Positions 27,953 through 38,325 of a stretch of DNA of 64,000 nucleotides are shown one piece after another. The DNA is from an uncultured virus (IMG/VR IMGVR_UViG_3300031746_002572) (Duplodnaviria; Heunggongvirae; Uroviricota; Caudoviricetes), in IMG/VR virus record IMGVR_UViG_3300031746_002572; one strand, 5' to 3'. The position numbers and the translations under genes are program-made. The first letter of the stretch is position 1; every line of letters starts with the position of its first letter. The notes under the pieces were generated by a model. The model saw only the letters and a program-made list of their open reading frames with translations. It was not told the DNA's origin and searched no databases.

Positions 27953-28066
27953 GCTCAACGATAGAGCTGTGCGGAAATGAGGTGACTGCATGAAGGTTAC
28001 ATAAGGTGATAGGAACTAAACCTAACTTGGCCGCCAAGTTTTTTCCGTACCAGTGATGGGTTGGGT
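27953..28066 (-). repeat. attC site B7
   Basis: + strand GCTCAAC...GTTGGGT, 114 bp. Confidence 0.88.
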
Positions 28067-28222
28067 TGCTCTTAATTTTTTAAATAAGGAGTTCATTATG
28101 AAAAAGAAAATAAAAAAAAGTGTCCTTGATAAAAAGATTCGTAATGCACGTAAATTATCTGTATTGTCAAAATTATTGCATGTTAAATATTAATTTACGA
28201 GTATAAATTATAGGGCCAACCT

Positions 28223-29110
28223 ATGAAAAATTTAATTATTGTTGATTTTAGTAATTTTGCATTTAGAACGTTTTTTACTCACGCAGAGTTAAAAAATTCT
28301 ATTGGTATTGGCACAGGGATGATTTATGGATTTATACAATCTCTTGTTTATCTTATTAGTAAATATAAGTGGAGTCCGAATCAATTTTTATTTGCATTAG
28401 ATCATAAACCTAAACATAAATTTGAAATATATCCTGAATATAAGGCAAATAGACAGAAACATGAATTTGAACAGGGTATGACCGTTCCATTACAGATAAA
28501 ATTGACAAAATTGATAGTTTCTTATTTAGGGTTAAATTTTGTAGATTCTATAGATCAGGAATGTGATGATGTTATTTATACGGTTTCAAATAAGTGCAAG
28601 AATTTAGATGTTGCTATTATTTCTAATGACCATGATATGAATCAATGTTTAAAAAACAATGTGAAAATAATGACGCTTCATAAAATTGGTGAAGATATAT
28701 TTACTGAAAGAAAGTTTATAGATAAATATGGAATTGTGCCAGAAGATTATTATAAGGTTCAAATGCTTTGTGGGTGTGAAACGGATAATGTCAAGGGTAT
28801 GCGAGGGATAGGGGAGAAAAGCGCGGTAGATATAGTTAAAATGAATAACTGGTTAAATATATTACAGGGTAAAAAAGATTTAAAGTTTTCTTCTAAAAGA
28901 ACACAGACAATGTTTTATAAGAATTTAACACAATGGAATTTAATAAGAGAAGAGAAATTAGTTAGATTAAACAACGTAGAAATAAGATTTATTAAAAATA
29001 GTTTTAATGAAACTAAATTAAAAGAATGGTTTATTAAATTAGAATTTGAAAAATATTTAACTAATTTCGATAAAGTTATTGAAATGTTTGGGAAAGGACG
29101 GCTTAAATGA
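28223..29110 (+). CDS. 5'-3' exonuclease / flap endonuclease (PolA N-terminal type)
   Basis: IVDFSNFAFR, YPEYKANR, ECDDVI, SNDHD, TDNVKGMRGIGEKSA. Confidence 0.92.
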   Translation: MKNLIIVDFSNFAFRTFFTHAELKNSIGIGTGMIYGFIQSLVYLISKYKWSPNQFLFALDHKPKHKFEIYPEYKANRQKHEFEQGMTVPLQIKLTKLIVSYLGLNFVDSIDQECDDVIYTVSNKCKNLDVAIISNDHDMNQCLKNNVKIMTLHKIGEDIFTERKFIDKYGIVPEDYYKVQMLCGCETDNVKGMRGIGEKSAVDIVKMNNWLNILQGKKDLKFSSKRTQTMFYKNLTQWNLIREEKLVRLNNVEIRFIKNSFNETKLKEWFIKLEFEKYLTNFDKVIEMFGKGRLK

Positions 29111-29592
29111 GAGAAATAAAACCAAATATAGGTGAAGATTTTTTTGTGCCTGATAAAAATATATTGCCAGAATTATTGGTTACTCGTCTTTATGATCTCT
29201 TATCTAATTTTGAATATAGACCAAGCGAGATTATGGATATATCGAAGCATATTCTTGATGCCGATATAGAAACTGCCCTTGAGGATAGTGTGCCTTTATT
29301 TGCATGGCTTGTATTAGAAGGAAATAATGCAAAAGAAAAAGAGGAATATTTAGAAGATAAATTGAAAATATTGGTTATGGCTAAACCAGAAGAGGGTAAA
29401 AAAGTAAGTCAATTAAAAGCTGAAAATAAAAATACAGATGAATATAAACGTACGTTTTCATTGTATTTAAAATATAAAAAGATCGTTAGAAATTGTGAAG
29501 GTATGAAAGAAGCGATGAAATTAAGAAAAGAAGTGGCTCAGACAAAATCAGCAAATATACGAAAGGAAGGCCCTTATGTAACAAAAGAATGA
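29107..29592 (+). CDS. Helical protein, possibly UvsY-like recombination mediator
   Basis: Coiled-coil, ends QTKSANIRKE; lies next to SSB and RecA. Confidence 0.4.
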   Translation: MREIKPNIGEDFFVPDKNILPELLVTRLYDLLSNFEYRPSEIMDISKHILDADIETALEDSVPLFAWLVLEGNNAKEKEEYLEDKLKILVMAKPEEGKKVSQLKAENKNTDEYKRTFSLYLKYKKIVRNCEGMKEAMKLRKEVAQTKSANIRKEGPYVTKE

Positions 29593-29636
29593 TATTAATT
29601 CTTTAATTAAATTTTAAACCATTTTTAGGAGGTTCT

Positions 29637-30602
29637 ATGAACAGCACAGATCGTTCTATAATCAATAAAGGTAAAGAGGAATTAGAAAAGAAATCTTTGT
29701 ATCCTCGTATTAATTTACAATCAGGCAATAAAGATAAACAAATTTTTTATATAAAATTGTTACCGCGTCTTATTCCTCCAAGTGAAATATGCAAGACACC
29801 GTGGTTTCATTATATAAAACATTTTTCGTGCGGGCCAGCGCATGATCAATCTTTTATATGTTTGAATAAAACAATAGCTGAAAAAAAGACTAATGCAAAA
29901 AAATGTCCACAGTGTATTGAGTGCCGAAAGATATTATTCAATAAATCTGAATTTAATGAAAATATTATTAAACGTGCTCAAACTATGTCGGCCAAAGGCC
30001 AATTTAATTGGCCCATATATGATTTGGAAAAGAGGAAACAAGTGGAAATGCTTGAACGTAATGATTTTATTCTAGATGAGTTATTGGATAAATTTGGCAC
30101 AGATGCTAACCCTATTGATTTAACTGATCTGATGGAATCATTTACTAAAAATAAGACTCCATCGGCGATTAAAATTACTAGACGCGGTATAGGTCAGTTT
30201 GGTAGTAAGTATAGTTATGATGTGGTTTATGGGGCTGAATATGCTTTGACTAAAGAAGACCTGATTAAAATTAAAAAAACTTATATTGTCCCTGAAACTT
30301 TAGATGGTGTCATTACCTTGCAGGAAATTGTTGATATTATGACTACCGGCGTTGAAGTTGATGAAAATGAAATTGTCGATAGTAAAATAACAGAGACTAT
30401 TCCTGTTTCGCAGTCTAGTGATACAGATATAACGGATACAGAAGCCGCCGCTATATTAGGCACAAGGGACCCAAATACCGCAGGACAGGCCAGACAAAGA
30501 GAGCGTGAAAAACCTGCGGAAGCAACAGAACCCAAAAAGGTTTCTACCATACCTGCTTCAGACAATATAGACGATGAAATAAACGCTATTTTAAATGGTT
30601 AA
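29637..30602 (+). CDS. gp32-like single-stranded DNA-binding protein
   Basis: IKLLP, H...C...CPQC Zn site, IKITRRG.G...KY, acidic tail. Confidence 0.7.
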   Translation: MNSTDRSIINKGKEELEKKSLYPRINLQSGNKDKQIFYIKLLPRLIPPSEICKTPWFHYIKHFSCGPAHDQSFICLNKTIAEKKTNAKKCPQCIECRKILFNKSEFNENIIKRAQTMSAKGQFNWPIYDLEKRKQVEMLERNDFILDELLDKFGTDANPIDLTDLMESFTKNKTPSAIKITRRGIGQFGSKYSYDVVYGAEYALTKEDLIKIKKTYIVPETLDGVITLQEIVDIMTTGVEVDENEIVDSKITETIPVSQSSDTDITDTEAAAILGTRDPNTAGQARQREREKPAEATEPKKVSTIPASDNIDDEINAILNG

Positions 30603-30658
30603 TTAAATAAGGATAATGGGTGCGTATTTTAAATAAATACGGGCCCATTTTATATCTA

Positions 30659-31915
30659 ATGGCTAAAATTAAAAAAAATAAAGAAAAACATAATAAAGAA
30701 AAATTAAAAGAAAAACCAAAAGAAAAGATTATTGATTATGGTGATTCTTTGGATATTAGAGATTCTTTGATTACCGGGATACAGAATAAAGAAAAAGATA
30801 ATATTACGGGAATTTATTCTAATAATGTTGGTGTAAAAAAAGTTGTTTATAGTGGACTTCCAAGTTTGGATCGTATCTTATCTTTTGTTGAAGATACAAA
30901 AATTTATGGCTTGCCGTTTAAAATTATTGAAGTTTATGGAAAACAAAGCAGTGGTAAAACAACATTGGCAAAATATTTATGTTGTTCTTTTATTAAAAAA
31001 GGGGGTTTAGCTTTTTTTGTTGATTTTGAACATAAATTTGCTCCACAATGGTTTAAAACAATTGCGTATGCGGCAGGTATAACAGACGAAGATATAAATA
31101 AATATTTTAGGTATGTTGATCCTAAATCATTTGAGAATTTTTGTATTTGGCTTATTAAAACGATGAAAAAAGTCATTGACATGAAGAGTAAGGTTACGGA
31201 TTTAACGTTTAAATTGGAAAAAGAGAAAATTAAACCTGATAATTATGATGAATTAAAGACTAAATATCAACAGGCATTAAATATGCCATGTATTATAGTT
31301 ATAGATTCAATTGCTAGTATGTATACGGAAAGTGAATTAAAGGATGAAGAAGAGGATCAGGCTCATGTGGCTGAATTAGCCCGTGGATTTTCAAATAAAC
31401 TAAAACTTATTAGGCGTTATTTAGGCGAAGCCAACACTCTTATTGTGTTTACGAATCAAGAACGTAGTAAAATAGCTATGGGTGGTCAGAAGGTACGGCC
31501 TGGAATGATGGTAGAGCCTGGTGGGAACGCTGTAAAGCATTATGAGGATGCTAGGCTTGAAATATCCTTTGTAGAAGCTTTAAAGCGCACCAGGGGCAGC
31601 GTAGAGCGTATTTACGGGTCTATTCACAAGGTCAGAGTAACTAAAAATCAATTAGGTGTGCCTCCGTTTCAATTTACAGAGTTAAGATTGTTAAATGATC
31701 GAGGTTTTTTTAGTTTTTATAGCGTTTTAGAAGCTTGTGTTGAAGCAGGTTTGATAAAGAAAACAGGGCCTAGATATATTATCAAAAAAGATAAAATAGA
31801 GTTCGAAGAGTCTGAATTAGACGAAATTCAGAATAAAATGCCTAAAATTGAGGGATTGCTTCATAATTTATATCAACAAAATATGGAGAAAATTAGTTAT
31901 GGAAAAAAAATATAA
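30659..31915 (+). CDS. recA: RecA/UvsX recombinase with insertion
   Basis: EVYGKQSSGKTT, DFEH, VIDSIA, TNQER, PGGNAVK, KNQLGVPPF. Confidence 0.9.
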   Translation: MAKIKKNKEKHNKEKLKEKPKEKIIDYGDSLDIRDSLITGIQNKEKDNITGIYSNNVGVKKVVYSGLPSLDRILSFVEDTKIYGLPFKIIEVYGKQSSGKTTLAKYLCCSFIKKGGLAFFVDFEHKFAPQWFKTIAYAAGITDEDINKYFRYVDPKSFENFCIWLIKTMKKVIDMKSKVTDLTFKLEKEKIKPDNYDELKTKYQQALNMPCIIVIDSIASMYTESELKDEEEDQAHVAELARGFSNKLKLIRRYLGEANTLIVFTNQERSKIAMGGQKVRPGMMVEPGGNAVKHYEDARLEISFVEALKRTRGSVERIYGSIHKVRVTKNQLGVPPFQFTELRLLNDRGFFSFYSVLEACVEAGLIKKTGPRYIIKKDKIEFEESELDEIQNKMPKIEGLLHNLYQQNMEKISYGKKI

Positions 31916-32282
31916 TCATGTTGAAGCTTATTGTTTGATGACGTATTCTTGTTGTAAATGTGGTTTTACGGAAATTTTATGGAATAGTAGAGATGGGGTA
32001 ACGCCTTTTATGATTGGTTGTCCAAAATGTAATGGCTTGATGAAACATATTTCGTTTAAAGATGATGAAAGAAATGAGACTTATATACCTGAAAAAGGGC
32101 AACGTATATTTGTTGATTTAACCGAAGAAAGAAATAGAATATGTATGAAACAATGTGTAGATAATAATTGGAATAGGAAACCATATCCAGCTAGTGAAAT
32201 GTATAAATCAAAAGAACAAATGATGAATGAATTATGCAAAGATTTTAAAACAGGTGATCCTGATATTATCGTAGTGGAATAA
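31899..32282 (+). CDS. Conserved phage-type Zn-binding hypothetical protein
   Basis: EAYCLMTYSC..CG..E.LWNSRDGVTPF...CPKC. Confidence 0.65.
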   Translation: MEKKYNHVEAYCLMTYSCCKCGFTEILWNSRDGVTPFMIGCPKCNGLMKHISFKDDERNETYIPEKGQRIFVDLTEERNRICMKQCVDNNWNRKPYPASEMYKSKEQMMNELCKDFKTGDPDIIVVE

Positions 32283-32284
32283 AA

Positions 32285-33382
32285 ATGAATTTATTAGTTA
32301 CGTCTGATTTTCATATCACAAGTAATTATCCCTTTTCTACTTCGCCTAATCCCTTTAAAGATATTTTCTTTACTACTGCGATGAAGGCTATGTTTCAGGT
32401 TGTTAATTATGCTATAGATAATAAAGTCGATGCGATCATACACGGAGGAGACTGGTTTAATGAGGAAAAGATAAATGCGCCCGCTTATATGATTTCAAGG
32501 GCGATGTTATCAAAATTAGAAAAAGTTAAAATTCCTTTGTATATAAATATAGGGAATCACGAAATTGATTATAAAGAATCTATTCCTGCTGTTATCTGTG
32601 AAATAATGAAAGATTATTCTAATGTTAAAATGCCAATTTGTAATCAACCCTATACTTGTATTCCTATTAGCGAAGCGTACTTATATGTGGTTCCTTACAA
32701 TGGAACAGAGAATTTTTATTTAACTATAGATAAAATAAAGAAAGAAATAATAAGACCGGCAATATTGTGTATTCACGAAGACATAGGAGGTATAGAATTT
32801 GGCGGGGCTAAAATGAGGGCAGGAGTAACATTAGATTTTTTACAAAGTATTTCTAATGAATTTTTATTTATTGTCTGTGGGCATATACACCATCATAGAA
32901 TATGGGAAAAGAAAATCATAACTCCTGGTTCCGTATATTCTGGCGACTTTAGAGATAAAGGCGATACCAAATATTTTTATCATGTTCTTACCGATGGAAA
33001 CAGAGTTAAAGAAATCAAGTCTATTTTAATAAATAATCAAATTTATTTTAGAGACTTAATTTCTATTTATGATGCCGAAGAATTTATAAATGACTGTGAT
33101 GCGCAGGATGGCGATTATAAAAACTATTATATAAAAATACATGGTGAAATGAAAGATATGAATAAGTTTAATGAATTAAAAAAAATTATGATGGATAAGG
33201 GTGCGTTAAATGTGGTACATAGTCTTGTTGAAAATAATAGTAGCCCTGATTTAAGTGGATATGCTCGCCCTGTGGAAATGAAAATAAATGATTGGTTTGT
33301 TGAATTTTTGAAACGTAACGATTATGAAGATGAAGAAATTGAAAATTTAATTAGATTCCATGATAAGATTTTGGAAATATAA
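32285..33382 (+). CDS. sbcD: SbcD/Mre11 nuclease
   Basis: SDFH, GDWF, GNHE, GHIH, PGS. Confidence 0.88.
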   Translation: MNLLVTSDFHITSNYPFSTSPNPFKDIFFTTAMKAMFQVVNYAIDNKVDAIIHGGDWFNEEKINAPAYMISRAMLSKLEKVKIPLYINIGNHEIDYKESIPAVICEIMKDYSNVKMPICNQPYTCIPISEAYLYVVPYNGTENFYLTIDKIKKEIIRPAILCIHEDIGGIEFGGAKMRAGVTLDFLQSISNEFLFIVCGHIHHHRIWEKKIITPGSVYSGDFRDKGDTKYFYHVLTDGNRVKEIKSILINNQIYFRDLISIYDAEEFINDCDAQDGDYKNYYIKIHGEMKDMNKFNELKKIMMDKGALNVVHSLVENNSSPDLSGYARPVEMKINDWFVEFLKRNDYEDEEIENLIRFHDKILEI

Positions 33383-33424
33383 TAAGGAACAGAAGATTAG
33401 CAACCGATAGGCAAAAATATTCAA

Positions 33425-33700
33425 ATGAAATACCCTATTTTTACTTTAGATTGTATAAAGTCTGATTATCCATGTCATTTTTGTGTTGGCGTTAAATATA
33501 GGGTGGATTTGAACACTTTAAACAAAGATAAAGAATGTGATATATATTGGTATCACCCTATGGAAAATAAATGGGTTTTAATAGGTGCTGCGCCTTTATC
33601 TTATTTTAATGTATTGCCTGTAAAAAAATGGATTGAAAACAATAAAGAATCTGTTAATAAACCTAAAGAAAGAATACAACCATTGAGAGAAAGAGTATAA
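33425..33700 (+). CDS. Hypothetical protein
   Basis: Co-oriented ORF abutting the methylase. Confidence 0.55.
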   Translation: MKYPIFTLDCIKSDYPCHFCVGVKYRVDLNTLNKDKECDIYWYHPMENKWVLIGAAPLSYFNVLPVKKWIENNKESVNKPKERIQPLRERV

Positions 33701-34849
33701 ATGGCTAATGGTATAATAATTTGTGGAGATTGTGTAGATGTAATGAAAAAGATTCCAGATAATTCTATAAATTGTTGTGTTACTAGTCCTCCTTATTATG
33801 GTTTACGAGATTATCAAACTGCCAAATGGGAAGGTGGAGATATAAATTGTTCACATAAAAGAGATAGTAAAAAAAGTCTTTGCCATGAAACAGGTTCAGA
33901 TGATGTAATCGGTGGTATTGGCGATGCGATATATAAAAATTTATGTTTTAAATGCGGTGCGGTTCGTATTGATAAACAGATAGGTCTTGAAGAAACACCA
34001 GATAAATATATAGAAAAATTAGTTATGGTATTTCGTGAAGTCAAACGAGTATTAAAAGATGATGGGTGTTTATGGTTAAATCTTGGAGATACTTATTCTT
34101 CTCATAAGGATTGTAAATCAGTTTCGGATTCTTTACGAGTAGGTGGGAAAAGCGGACAAGCTAATGTTATTGAAAAAGGATTATCACATTCAAGAAATAC
34201 GAAAATGTTGAAATCAGTAGGATTAAAAAATAAAGACCTTATAGGTATACCGTGGATGGTAGCATTCGCATTAAGAAATGATGGTTGGTATCTTCGTCAA
34301 GATATAATTTATCATAAAAGAAATCCTATGCCGGAAAGTGTAACTGATCGTTGCACAAAAAGCCATGAATATATTTTTTTATTGTCAAAATCACAGAAAT
34401 ATTATTTTGATTATAAATCTATACGAGAAAAAGCAGAATATGATGGTAGAAAAGATACGATAATGAAAGGAAGCGATAAATATAAAACTAGTGTTGTGCC
34501 AAATAAGAAAGAACATATAATGGCTGCAAGAGGGCATGAACGATGGCAACAAGATGAAGAAGGAAATTATTTACGTAATAAACGTTCTGTTTGGACGATT
34601 TCTGTGAAACCTTTTAGAACCGCACATTTTGCTGTTTTCCCGGAGGCTTTAATTGAACCTTGTCTTTTATCAAGTTGCCCTGTTGGTGGTGTTGTACTAG
34701 ACCCGTTTATAGGGTCAGGGACTACGGCGATTGTAGCAATAAAACAAAATAAAAGATATATAGGAATTGATTTGAATCCTAAATATTGTGAAATAGCGAG
34801 AAAAAGAATAGATATGATTAAACTTCCCGTATTAAGAGAAAGGCCATGA
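33701..34849 (+). CDS. DNA methyltransferase (N4C/N6A, beta class)
   Basis: TSPPY, HFAVFP, DPFIGSGTT. Confidence 0.93.
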   Translation: MANGIIICGDCVDVMKKIPDNSINCCVTSPPYYGLRDYQTAKWEGGDINCSHKRDSKKSLCHETGSDDVIGGIGDAIYKNLCFKCGAVRIDKQIGLEETPDKYIEKLVMVFREVKRVLKDDGCLWLNLGDTYSSHKDCKSVSDSLRVGGKSGQANVIEKGLSHSRNTKMLKSVGLKNKDLIGIPWMVAFALRNDGWYLRQDIIYHKRNPMPESVTDRCTKSHEYIFLLSKSQKYYFDYKSIREKAEYDGRKDTIMKGSDKYKTSVVPNKKEHIMAARGHERWQQDEEGNYLRNKRSVWTISVKPFRTAHFAVFPEALIEPCLLSSCPVGGVVLDPFIGSGTTAIVAIKQNKRYIGIDLNPKYCEIARKRIDMIKLPVLRERP

Positions 34850-34850
34850 T

Positions 34851-35435
34851 ATGCCAAATTTAGGTGATTTATTTAAAGAGAAACAGGAAAAGATAATTAA
34901 TAAGGCTAAATATAGAAAAAATATAGAAGAAAACGAAGGTGAATATATAAAGGATATAAATAAAGAACTTTTGATAGTTATAACAAATTTTTTAAATAAA
35001 AAACAAGTAGAGATAGAATCGCAATTCAAATATCAGATATTAGAAGTTAATAATATTACCGAAACTATGCACAAAACAATTAAAAAAATGAAAGATGAAA
35101 TTAACGAGTTTGGCAAACACTTGGCAAATACAGAAAAAGATATTAAAAACGATTTATTAGTGGACGCAAAAGAGATTGAAGAAAAAATGAAAAAAATCGA
35201 AGAGAAAACATTGACAGATATAAAGAAAAAAAGCGAAGAAGATATAAATAAAATTAAATGTGATTATAATGAATTGTTAGATAAGATTAAATCTATACAT
35301 GATGAAATTATTAATAAATATGATGTCTCGTTTAAGAGTAAGATGAACGATATAGAAGAAGAAATTAAGAAATATGTGGCTAAAAATTTTGTTAAATTAT
35401 TTTTTAAATCCATACCAAAAATATTTAGGGGATAA
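34851..35435 (+). CDS. Coiled-coil hypothetical protein
   Basis: K/E-rich heptads. Confidence 0.65.
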   Translation: MPNLGDLFKEKQEKIINKAKYRKNIEENEGEYIKDINKELLIVITNFLNKKQVEIESQFKYQILEVNNITETMHKTIKKMKDEINEFGKHLANTEKDIKNDLLVDAKEIEEKMKKIEEKTLTDIKKKSEEDINKIKCDYNELLDKIKSIHDEIINKYDVSFKSKMNDIEEEIKKYVAKNFVKLFFKSIPKIFRG

Positions 35436-35437
35436 TT

Positions 35438-35632
35438 ATGATTTACGAAGAGGCAAAAAAATGGTGTCATGTAAGGTCTTCGATTTATAGAAAAGCAATC
35501 CCTAATATTAAATATGCAAAAAATCATACAGACTCATTTGATAGTAGAATTTCAGACGAAGATAAAAAATGTGATGATTGGGAAGAATGGGACCCAAATG
35601 AATTTTATGATACAAGTTTACCGGCGGAATAA
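35438..35632 (+). CDS. Hypothetical protein
   Basis: Co-oriented, tightly packed. Confidence 0.6.
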   Translation: MIYEEAKKWCHVRSSIYRKAIPNIKYAKNHTDSFDSRISDEDKKCDDWEEWDPNEFYDTSLPAE

Positions 35633-35638
35633 AATTAA

Positions 35639-37507
35639 ATGTTTATAATCAATAGTCTTAAAATTCATAATTTTATAAAGTTTAAAGACGTAGAAATTAA
35701 TATGCGTAATCAGGGTTTAGTGTGGTTAAAGGGAGAGAACTTTGATGAACCAGAGAAGGGGAAAACAGGAGCCGGAAAAAGTCTTTTTGGTGATGCAATA
35801 CATTGGTTATTATCTGGCAATACTACAAGACCTGTGTTGGCGACAAGAATAGTAGGAAATAATGATAAATCGTGTTTTGTCGAAGCAGAAATAGAGATTC
35901 AGAATGAAAAGATTAAAATAATACGTTATCGCAATGATAAAAAATATGGTAGCGGTGTGCGTATTATTTCTCATGGCAATGATGTAAGTCATCGTAATTT
36001 ATCAGAATCGCAGGATCGTATAAATAAAATTATAGGTTGTTCTTTTGATTTATTCAGACTTTCTTGTTTTTATAACACGTCTAGTAAATATCATTTTTCA
36101 TATATGAGTTCTGTTGAACGTGCGAAGATTTTAGATGAAATTATAGGCACGGATGAAGCTAATGTAACCGATAGAATTAAAAAAGTGAATATTTTATTAA
36201 AACAAAAAAATGAATTGTTAGTTTCTATTCAAAACTCACTATATAATAATGAAAATAAGATATTAAAATTACGTGAAGTGATTATAGATAATGAAAAATT
36301 GCAAGATAATAAGATTTATGAAGAACAAATAGAAAAAATAAAGTCGGAAATAACAATATTATCTATTTCAAAATTATCTGTTTTACTAGACACATTGTTG
36401 AAATTGAAAAAAAAATCTAATGTTCTTGAAGAGAAACAAAAAGAATTGGATTTAATTACCAATACCGTAAATAAATTGGCTAATCGTATAGAACTAGTTA
36501 ATTATAAATTATCAGATTATGATAAAAAAATTAGTAATGTTAGTTTAAATGTCAAAGCGAATATAGGGGAACTATGTGATGGTTGTGGAAATATAATCAC
36601 TGAAAATTCATTAGAGTGTCTAAAATCTAAAAGGCGCGATGAAATATTAAAAATTAATTTAGAAAAAGCAAGTGTTGAAAAAGAGTTGATAATTTTAAAA
36701 GATAATTTAGATATACAGGAGAATAAGTTAAAAAAGTTTAGTGAACTGGGTGTTGATGAAAATATAGGAATTGATATAAATAACGTAGAAAATGAGATAA
36801 GGAAGGAAAAAGAAAAAGAAAGACTATTGGAAAATAAAAAGAAAGACCTTGTTGAATATGAATTAAAATATAGGTCTTATAAAAGTGATATAGAAAAAAT
36901 TATTGAAAAAAATAAAAATGAAATTACAATAGTAAAAAAAGACATTAATTTTTTAAATATAAAACAGGCGCGTATAGAAATAGAAATAGAAAAATTAAAA
37001 ACTATTGGTGATTTTTATGGGCCATCGGGTTATAGACCATTAGTAATGAGTCATTATTCTCCTGTTTTATCCGATGCCGCTAATTTTTATCTTTCTGAAT
37101 TTATAGGGACAAAGGAAAAAATAATAATAGATTCAAAGACACAATTAGCAAGTGGGGAAATAAGAGATAAAGTTGATGTGAATATTTATGATAATGGACA
37201 ATTGAAATATTTTCCAGAAGAATTTAGTGAAGGCGAGAGATGTTCGATTGATTTAGCACTAAATTTTGGTATTATGCGTATAGCTGCAATGAGAGCCGCA
37301 AAGGATTTTAATTTTATGTGGTTTGATGAAATCACTAATGGATTATCCGAAAGTCTTATTAATAGATTAATAACTATTGTTCGTAATAAGATAATGAGAG
37401 AAAATATGACGGTTATAATGACCAGTCATCATCCTCTTAACCCGGATTTATTTGATTCTGTATGGACAGCAGTAAAGGAAAATGGTATATGCAGAATAAA
37501 ACAATAA
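35639..37507 (+). CDS. sbcC: SbcC/Rad50 SMC ATPase
   Basis: GKTGAGKS, CDGC hook, FSEGE signature, FDE, TSH. Confidence 0.92.
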   Translation: MFIINSLKIHNFIKFKDVEINMRNQGLVWLKGENFDEPEKGKTGAGKSLFGDAIHWLLSGNTTRPVLATRIVGNNDKSCFVEAEIEIQNEKIKIIRYRNDKKYGSGVRIISHGNDVSHRNLSESQDRINKIIGCSFDLFRLSCFYNTSSKYHFSYMSSVERAKILDEIIGTDEANVTDRIKKVNILLKQKNELLVSIQNSLYNNENKILKLREVIIDNEKLQDNKIYEEQIEKIKSEITILSISKLSVLLDTLLKLKKKSNVLEEKQKELDLITNTVNKLANRIELVNYKLSDYDKKISNVSLNVKANIGELCDGCGNIITENSLECLKSKRRDEILKINLEKASVEKELIILKDNLDIQENKLKKFSELGVDENIGIDINNVENEIRKEKEKERLLENKKKDLVEYELKYRSYKSDIEKIIEKNKNEITIVKKDINFLNIKQARIEIEIEKLKTIGDFYGPSGYRPLVMSHYSPVLSDAANFYLSEFIGTKEKIIIDSKTQLASGEIRDKVDVNIYDNGQLKYFPEEFSEGERCSIDLALNFGIMRIAAMRAAKDFNFMWFDEITNGLSESLINRLITIVRNKIMRENMTVIMTSHHPLNPDLFDSVWTAVKENGICRIKQ

Positions 37508-38325
37508 ATGTAATTATACCTCTTTGTAATATAGGCGAAAAGGATTTTGAGGATAGAATTTATTCATTGAATTATTTAATCAATGATTTTTATTGTAAAC
37601 AACAGGGAATAGATATTTGTGTTGTTTTTGTAGAGCAAATTATTGATGAGAGTTATAAAAAATATCAAGATTGTTTGTATTATGGTAGATTAAAATATAA
37701 ATATTATACGGTAAAATACGGTATTAATTTTAATAAGTCATGGTTATATAATATCGGGGTACACAATTCAGAGGGAGATGATATTGTGCTTGCCGAAGCT
37801 GATACGATGAAACTTGATAATTCTTATTTTGTAAATTTTATGAAATTTGCGGAATTAACGAAATTAGACTGGTCTTTTATGTGGGAACATATTTGTTATT
37901 TAAGTTTGTATGATAAAGAAAGATTGATTTTAGGAAATAAACCAATGACACAATTTTATAATAATCATCAGAAAGTTGGGCATAAAGGAATTGAAGGTGG
38001 ATTTGTATATTTTAAGAAAAGTTTTTATTTTAAAATCGGGGGTATGAATGAATGGATAGAAAGATTTGGAGGTATGGATAATGAAATCGTGGCGAGAGCA
38101 GAATATATGACTCAAACATATCCTATTTATCCTAGTGTGATTTATCACTTATATCATAACCTTTCTTCAATGAATGCAATAGATCAGTATAGAATTAAAA
38201 ATTCAAAAATATTACAATATACGCGAGAACACACGAAAAAAATTATAGATTTTTTATGTTGTTATAAAATAGGAAATATGGTCTATCCTTTATGCGTGAA
38301 AGAGAAATATGCGGAAGAAATATAA
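37489..38325 (+). CDS. GT-A glycosyltransferase (GT2/GT7-like)
   Basis: FNKSWLYNIG, EAD, IGGMNE...GGMD, HLYH. Confidence 0.75.
   Translation: MQNKTINVIIPLCNIGEKDFEDRIYSLNYLINDFYCKQQGIDICVVFVEQIIDESYKKYQDCLYYGRLKYKYYTVKYGINFNKSWLYNIGVHNSEGDDIVLAEADTMKLDNSYFVNFMKFAELTKLDWSFMWEHICYLSLYDKERLILGNKPMTQFYNNHQKVGHKGIEGGFVYFKKSFYFKIGGMNEWIERFGGMDNEIVARAEYMTQTYPIYPSVIYHLYHNLSSMNAIDQYRIKNSKILQYTREHTKKIIDFLCCYKIGNMVYPLCVKEKYAEEI

Larger units (their letters stand above)
24619..28066 (-). mobile_element. attC cassette array B lacking integrase (CALIN-like): 7 attC sites, 6 complete cassettes
   Basis: Near-identical ~115-bp repeats with RYYYAAC...GTTRRRY ends; cassette-specific complementary ends. Confidence 0.93.

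Noticed and set aside
24619..28066. CRISPR array
   Set aside because: Repeats are ~115 bp and the intervening DNA is 380-480 bp and coding; no cas genes; attC architecture fits better
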